A stretch of DNA of 64,000 bases from Fimicolochytrium jonesii (lineage: Eukaryota). The notes under the pieces were generated by a model. It did no database searches. It saw only the letters and a list, made by a program, of their open reading frames with translations, and had not been told where the DNA came from. Position numbers and translations under genes: made by a program. The first letter of the stretch is position 1. Each line of letters starts with the position of its first letter. The stretch is taken from the NCBI RefSeq assembly GCF_025526975.1, contig NW_026515684.1, forward strand, positions 434,001 through 498,000, written 5' to 3'. This document shows positions 57,063 to 64,000 of this stretch, piece by piece.

Positions 57063-60049
57063 ATGTGGGTCCTGGTAGGGGACACAGACGGTTTGAAAGG
57101 TACAGACATGGAAGGCGGAAAGGGCCTTGCTCTGCTACCACGTATGTGTGCAGCGCTCAAGGACTCACTTTACCATCTCTCCAGACTTTTCCATGTGGCT
57201 GCAACCCGGCAAAACATACACAGTTGGCCGTAAAGATGCAGACATCACGCTTGCGACGGACAAGGCAGTCAGTCGAAAACACGCAACCATAACCGTAGCA
57301 GAGGCTATACCCATCGAGCAGATTGGCGACCTGGCTGCAAGGTGTAAAGTCACGGCCACGGACCAGAATTCCAAGTTCGGCACGTATGTGGGAACGGGAT
57401 CGCTGCAGAGGATACCGGGCAGCCAGGAGTTGAAGGATGGTGAAATTGTCGCCTTTGGACACGATAACTCCGCATTTCGGTATTTGCTGACATTAGTTGG
57501 CACGTCAATGGGGTTCAATCACTAACCCACATCGAAACAGGTTAACGTATGTACCGGTGGTGCTGTGCACATCGGGAAAGCTACGCACTAAGCAACGCAA
57601 CGAGCTGCATGCAACTGCTCGGCAATTTGGTGAGTTGGTCTCGCAGACGGCTGCCGGTCATTGCAGAAAGTTCATGAGATCCCAGATTTCAGGATCGTGA
57701 AGGAATGGACGCCAGATGCGACGCACCTAGTGATGGCCGCGTTACGCGTGACGATGAAAGTTGTCCTGGCGATCGCGAATCGCCGGTATGTTGTGACGGA
57801 GGATTGGGTGAAGGAGTTTGCGAATGTAGACCCGGCACGGTTTGTTATGCCGGATCCCAATAGGTAAGAGAGGATCCCCTGGACCGGTTTTGTCGTTCGG
57901 CTACTGACGGGGATTGGTTGGAACATAAGGTTTTTGCCACCGATAATGGAAGAGGTGATCCAAGTCACCCCTGCCGCCTTTGAAGCGAATCCGGCTCGTG
58001 CAAATCTGCTTTCTGGCTACGACTTCTTCGTGTTCAGTGACAACGAGGTGACCTTTTCCATCGGGTTTTTGTGGGAAAGAATCTCCCAGTCCACTGACCT
58101 TTACAATACAGATGTCAGTTATGGGGAAGATCGTCACGGCAGTCGGAGGAACTATCTCTCAAATCTCATTCCCGTCAAACCCGCGTGAAACATCTCAACT
58201 GAAAACGAAACTGGGGAACTGTCGCCATCCCTGCGTCATTCAACCGTTTGACTCTCCGGACGACGGTTGGGCTAACGTACAGTCTGTCCTCGAAGAGTAA
58301 GCATTTCGAACGCATCGTGTCATTGGGCAGCCGGAGCTCCATTGACATTTAAATTTCTGCAGCCTGAACCTTCGCACCCTACAACAGGACGATGTAGCGA
58401 GATCGGTGATATACGTCGATGCGCAATACTGTGACGCTCTCACTCGTCCCGATGACATGGTAGAGGCTTCGCGGACTACCGCGAGGCAATTGGCGCAGAC
58501 TTCATCGAATCCACCTCCTCCTGAGACGGGTTTCGGAGGAGGTGGTGAGCACAATGCGGATGTCCATCAAAATGCAGGTGGATCGTCGCTGTTACCGGTA
58601 AAAGATGAATCACAGGTACGAACGTGCAACTGTAGAAAGGTACTGGCCGTACGCAAAGCCTGATCCTTTGATATACAGCAACCCGCCGTAGTACCATCCA
58701 AAGGACGGGACTTTGACGACTTCCTAGACGTGCTGATGGACGATGACCTGCCAGCCCCACCTCCCTCTTCGACAAATCTCGCTATCCCTGCACAGCCAGT
58801 GAAATCAGAAATCAGCGGCTCTGGAAAGACGAAAGGGCGGCTACGGCCGCAGTCTACTGTCAGTTTGGCTGAGAAGTTGGGGATACGTGTTCAGTCGCAG
58901 TCTCAGCCCCAGCATGTGGATGATGATGGTGACCGTATGGAGGGGGTGGAAGGGGCGGGAACCGGGCGGAAAAGGCCGCGAGGGGTTGCGGCGACACCAC
59001 AAGCCGCCTCCGCATCCAGAGCTACGCCTGAGCATACCGCGGCAATCGCACAGGAAGAGGGCATACCCGAAAGCCCACCACGGCGCTCGAAGCGGGCAAA
59101 ACTCGCCGCAAACGACGAGCCAGCACCGCCGCAACCCACCGTCACAGCCTCACCGTTCGAACTTTCACAACCACAACTCAAAGCAAAAGTCACCTCCGAC
59201 CCAAGCCAAATGGACAAACTGACAAAACTAGTAGTCGTCAACGTGGTCCCGCTCATCGTCCAGAAAGGGCGCGGAGTCGATACTGCCAACGGGCGAACAA
59301 CGACGAATGCAGGCCCGAATTTCAAGCGGTTTCGGAAAGTGCAGCATGGAGCCCGAGCGGGGTTGAATCAACAGGGCGGAGCCGGTGGCGCTGGACAGCC
59401 TAGAGCGTATATCGCGGTAGTCGACCCAAATAAAGACGATTCGCGGGTCGTCGGGGCAAGAAAGAATACAGGGAATGGAAAGAGTTCCGAGTGGGCGCCG
59501 CGGGTGTCCCAACCAGCCGCGTCGTCTTCTCTCCGAGCGAATGGAAAGCGACCGTCGTCTGCTGGGACTGGACAGGAAGACGATCCGGAATTCACTTCAG
59601 GCCCCGTTCGACGCGTGCAGCGACCTACCCGGACACTCGCCGTGACTGGTAAACGGAAGCCCAGCGAGGAACACATTGTTATTGAGGATAGCGCGGATGA
59701 GGATGTGGGAACGAGGAGAAAAACACCGGCTGCGCGGCCTGTACTCTCCGACGATGACGACGATGAAGACGACCCCAGCTACGTTGCAAACCTACCGATT
59801 TCCGGGTCTTCAACCCCTTTAAAAGCATCCGCATCAACATTATCCTCAACCAAACGCAGAGCCCCGCTGTCAAGCAGTTCCCGCCGACATACAGTCCTAG
59901 ACAGCGATGACGACGATGAATTCGGAACATCTGGAGGTTTTTCGTCGGCGTCGGCAAGGGGTCGTGTGATGGGTGAGGCTGAGGGGGGGTCGGATGAGGA
60001 CGAGGGCATTACGTTTTCGAAGTTTGCTGCTACTCGGAGGAAGCGGTGA
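57063..60049 (+). CDS. NBS1: Nibrin/Nbs1 (MRN complex)
   Basis: MWVL.. start; FHA (GRK..VSRKHA..SKFGT); BRCT (THLVM..VTMKV..W); Mre11-binding NFKRFRKV; acidic C-terminal tail DEDEGITFSKF; multiple short introns. Confidence 0.92.
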
Positions 60050-60615
60050 TGATGGGATCGTAGACGTAGGATGGGAGGTCGGTTAGATAGGAGGTGGGCA
60101 GTGATAGATACTCTTCGTGTTCGTAGCCTTCGTTATCGCTATTAGGCTTGTATTGTGTGAGGGCGTGGCATCCCTCATCATCTGTGTATGTATGTGCAGG
60201 TACAGTACGAAAGTCGGGAGTAACGGGAGCCCTGCTGGCGCGTTGTGACTGTCAACGCGCGAGTCACGGCCCCCACGCGTCCGATTCCTCCTGTCAATTA
60301 CCCCCTTCTCCCTGGACCCCTCCCACCCAGGAGGCACGCTAAATTGTGGCATTTGCAGGAGTTCATGGCCACTTGCTTTGCAGGGCGGATCTATAAGGAG
60401 CTGGCGACGACTCTACAAAAGCTGCCATGAGGTTTCTGTTGCGTCCAGAGTTTTCATTCCCTGCCTTTTTTTTTCGGAAACTCTGGGTTGCGTCGAGGAT
60501 GGGGCCATAGACTATAACCTCTATCAACCTTTAGGGTCCGCCATCAGCTTTATATTACTACTTCCTGTGATTTTGAGAAGCCCTCGCCTCGCCCCACCAA
60601 CACAGCAAACAAACA

Positions 60616-62687
60616 ATGAACGGTTCCCTGACCCCCCCGCACTCGACAGCACAAAAACCAAGCAGCAGCAGCTATCCCCGGCCCCGTCGTTCCAAACCTT
60701 CCCTGACGAAGCGTCTGCGGCCTACTGTGCTTCAGAAAGCGGCGACACCTGTTGATAGGTTCAACCCCGAACAAATCATGAAGGTCCCACGGACAGGGAG
60801 GGATCTGCGGGGGTGTACGGTGGCGAAGCGGTGGAAGATTGTACGTTCTGCGCGGGGTTATGTAATGCATTTTTTCCCTCGGGGTCTCCGTACATCAGAT
60901 TTTGCTAATCGTTTTGGTGTAGGTGGACAGCATTGCATCGGGCGGTTTTGGCGACGTTTACCGAGTCGTAGACATTTACAGCCATCGCAGCTACGCCATG
61001 AAGGTGCGGTATCGTTTCTCAATACAATACCCCATCGCCTGTTCCCCCACCTGATTCAGATCCACGCCATACAGGTGGAAAAACCCAAACCCTCCCGCTC
61101 ACCCCTCAAAGTTGAAATCTCTCTCCTGCGGCAGTACCACGAGCGTGTGCGGAAGCAGAGGGAGGTGGCGGCGTTTCCGGAGATGGTTGGGCATGGGAAG
61201 TTTACGCTTCCTGGGGGTTGTGATGAGGGCGATGGTGAGACGGAGGTCACGTATTCGTTTTTGGTGATGGGGTTACTGGGGCCGAGGTGAGGGGGTTATA
61301 TCACTTGAACGCGCATGGGAGAATTCACCAAGGTCCTGACACGACGCGCTTTAGTTTAGCGGAGGTGAAGAAACGCACGCCCGGCCATCGGTTCTCCGCC
61401 AAAGTGACGGCGCACCTCGCCACCAAGATGCTCGCGGCGCTGCGGGTCCTGCACGGCATGGGGATCTGCCACCGGGACGTCAAGCCGGCCAATTTCTGCA
61501 CCGCCGGGTTCGACACGTCGCTTCTGACCAGTCACACCCATGCCGTCGAAGACACCCTCGCATCCACCGGCATCCTCCTGATCGACTTTGGCATGGCCCG
61601 CCGGCACTCCCATGCCGGGACGCTCAAACCTGCCCGCGCCGGCATCGGGTTCCGCGGCACCTCCCGCTACGCCTCCCTCCGCGCCCACTCCGGCCTCGAT
61701 CTCGGCCCCGTCGACGACTTGTGGTCACTGCTCTACACCGTCATCGATTGTCTGAAGGGGGGTTTACCGTGGAGCCGGTTGCGCGCGGAGGAGGTTGAGG
61801 CGTGTAAGAGGCGGCATCATGCGGGGGAGATGGAGGAGGGGGAGGAAAATGTGCTGGAGGGTGTGCCGAGGGCTGTGAGGGTGTTGTGGGACTATTTGAG
61901 TGGGTTGGGGTATGAGAGTAGGATTGATTACGGGCGGGTTGACGCGTTGTTGGAGGGGATTGGGGAGGCGGGGGATGGGGTGGGTGATGAGGAGGAGCGA
62001 TGGGAGGTGGGTAGTGGGGATGGAGACGGGGCTGTGGCGATGTCTGCAAGTGCGGATGGGCCGATGGAGCGCACTGGTAGCCCGCTACTGCCCTTCGAAC
62101 GGGATGGACTGCTCAACGACGGCGGGGAGGTGGAAAGTGCGTCGCAACCCACATCAGTGGATACCGACCGCCGGCTTCCGAACCAGCCATCGCCTCTTGC
62201 TCTTCAGGTGGAGTCCCACGCCAACGACGCCGACGTTGCAAAGCCCGCACTTACCCAACACGAGACCCAAACCCGGATACCCTCAGCATCCGCATCCCAT
62301 CACTCATCACCGCATCCCTCAACATCCCCGGACATCCCACAGCCATACCCACGTACACGACAACGAACCACCCGCCCACCTCTCTCCTATGGCCGGTACC
62401 TCGCCTCAACGCCCGCAGAGCCGTACACACGGGTCTCGACAGTTCTAGAAGACCGCCATGCCGCCCTCCTCCCCCACCCGGGCCCGAAGGCCGACGCAGA
62501 CACTATGGATCAGATAATACCATTGATGCAGGGGTTGGGGTGTGAAGGAAAGGAGGAGGCCCCGACTTTGGGACCGCCCATGAGACCGGATGGGCAGTAC
62601 ATGCCACGCCCGCCGCCGTCTGCGCCGCCGGATGGTGTATATATGCGTTATATCCGACGGTTGAGGATTGCGGCGACTCATACGTGA
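60616..62687 (+). CDS. CK1-group kinase, tau-tubulin kinase-like
   Basis: GGFGDVY, YAMKVE, LKVEI, LVMGLLGPSLAE, HRDVKPANF, DFGMAR, GFRGTSRYAS and DDLWS; three introns between 60841 and ~61354. Confidence 0.9.
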
Positions 62688-63665
62688 AGTGCGAGGATAT
62701 GTCCCCAATCGTCTGCTCCCACGCGCATCACCCCCGCTGTAGCCACCCTGTTCACGCCCAAACATGACGGCGATGTCTTTCAGGTCTCCGCGCGGTCGCT
62801 GCGACGCATCGGAGGCACGCGGACGGCCCCGAAGTGGGTCACGCACCTCGATCCAGACCTGATCACGTCAAACCACACCACACCACTTCAGACCGCCTCT
62901 TCATCACGGCCTATGCATGAGAGTACCCGGTCTCACGGCGACGGCTGAGAGAAGCATTCCTGAGCGACCGGCGGACATGGAAGAGATGGCGAGGTTGCGA
63001 ATGGGACGGTGCTCGGCTGGACCGCACAAGCGCCCTTACAAACGATGGCATTTCGGACTGCGATGCTGCGCCCGTTCTTGCCGGGGGCATGTCTCGGCCA
63101 TTCCCTTATCCCGGCTAGCATGGTCGCTCATACAAATGACGACCGGTTGCAGCGCAGCGTGTCCCGACATGTTTACATATGTACACCTCGCATCATCTCG
63201 CGCACGCCAATCTGTCCCGCGCACACCATCTGACGGGGATCGTCCCCGTTAGGACTGAGGGACCAACTTTTTCTGGACGACTACACATATAGCAGCAGTG
63301 CGATTCGAGAGCATTTGACGATGTTTATGTCACAGATTCATAATGAACACAATCGCATGCGGTACATATACAGGTCATTGCACACGGTCATCCACTTTCC
63401 AGTTTTTTTTTTCCATTTCCCCTGCCACTATTATAGTGATGGGTGGATTATGTCGTAGTTTATTGTCGTTTCGTTCGCCTCCGTCATCGAGACCCGGCGC
63501 GATCCTCGTGCTTTTGGGTGCATGAATACACTCTTCACGGAGCACGTAAACGACCAGACCGAACACCGTCTATTGCGAACTGCCCATAGGCGATATCTAC
63601 AAGCTCTAATAAAAGGACCTTTCGGCCTCCCTCAGCGCATATACAACCATCCAGCTTCGCCACCC

Positions 63666-63916
63666 TCATCGCTCCGGCTTAGCCGTATCCCTCGTATTCT
63701 CCGCATTATGCCCATAATACGCCAGCTCAACATCCATAACCTTCTTCCCCCTCGCCAAGGCAATATCCTCCGGCCGCCTCTGTTGCGCGAGCGCCGCAAA
63801 GGTGGCTTTGATCACGTTCATGGGGTTGCGCGAGCCGTAGACTTTGGCGCCCAGATCGGAGATGCCGATGCAACGGCAGATCTCGTGGATGTGGTTGTTT
63901 GCGACAATTCCGTAAC
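63666..63916 (-). CDS. MRPS5: Last exon of mitochondrial ribosomal protein S5 (uS5m); the gene continues beyond the window
   Basis: GYGIVAN..IHEICRCIGISDLGAKVYGSRNPMNVIKA..ARGKKVMDVELAYY; intron 63917-63999. Confidence 0.9.
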
Positions 63917-64000
63917 CTAGGGGAATCACGAATGAGTTAGACCATACGCTCATGGGAGATAGTTATGAGTGGTTGTTCAATGGTAAAATGGAAACGCACC

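Overview
Eukaryotic, intron-containing fungal DNA. A flagellated early-diverging fungus such as a chytrid is likely, inferred from short GT-AG introns with CTAAC/CTGAC branch points and a tau-tubulin-kinase-like gene. The left half (1 to ~32.6 kb) is a dense nest of Ty3/Gypsy LTR retrotransposons from about five families (called A-E here); A, B and C carry chromodomains. It includes a clean triple nest (B inside C inside A2) with matching 5-bp TSDs, a fold-back inverted duplication, and a decayed MLKL-like 4-helix-bundle/kinase/ankyrin gene. Families A and B show a Tf1-like self-priming PBS and a conserved -1 frameshift pseudoknot. Family C has a tRNA-iMet-type PBS. The right half is gene-dense: a PAS-like membrane protein, CMC1, a GT32 (SUR1/CSH1-like) mannosyltransferase, VPS41, a secreted Thr-rich protein with two 6-Cys modules, NBS1, a TTBK/CK1-family kinase and the 3' end of mitochondrial RPS5. 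A ~5.5-kb island (51.3-56.8 kb) holds two spliced ~68-aa Myb/SANT-like microprotein genes that the ORF track missed, a longer paralog, and a bacterial-type DnaQ exonuclease pseudogene. All calls come from reading motifs by eye; no database searches were run.
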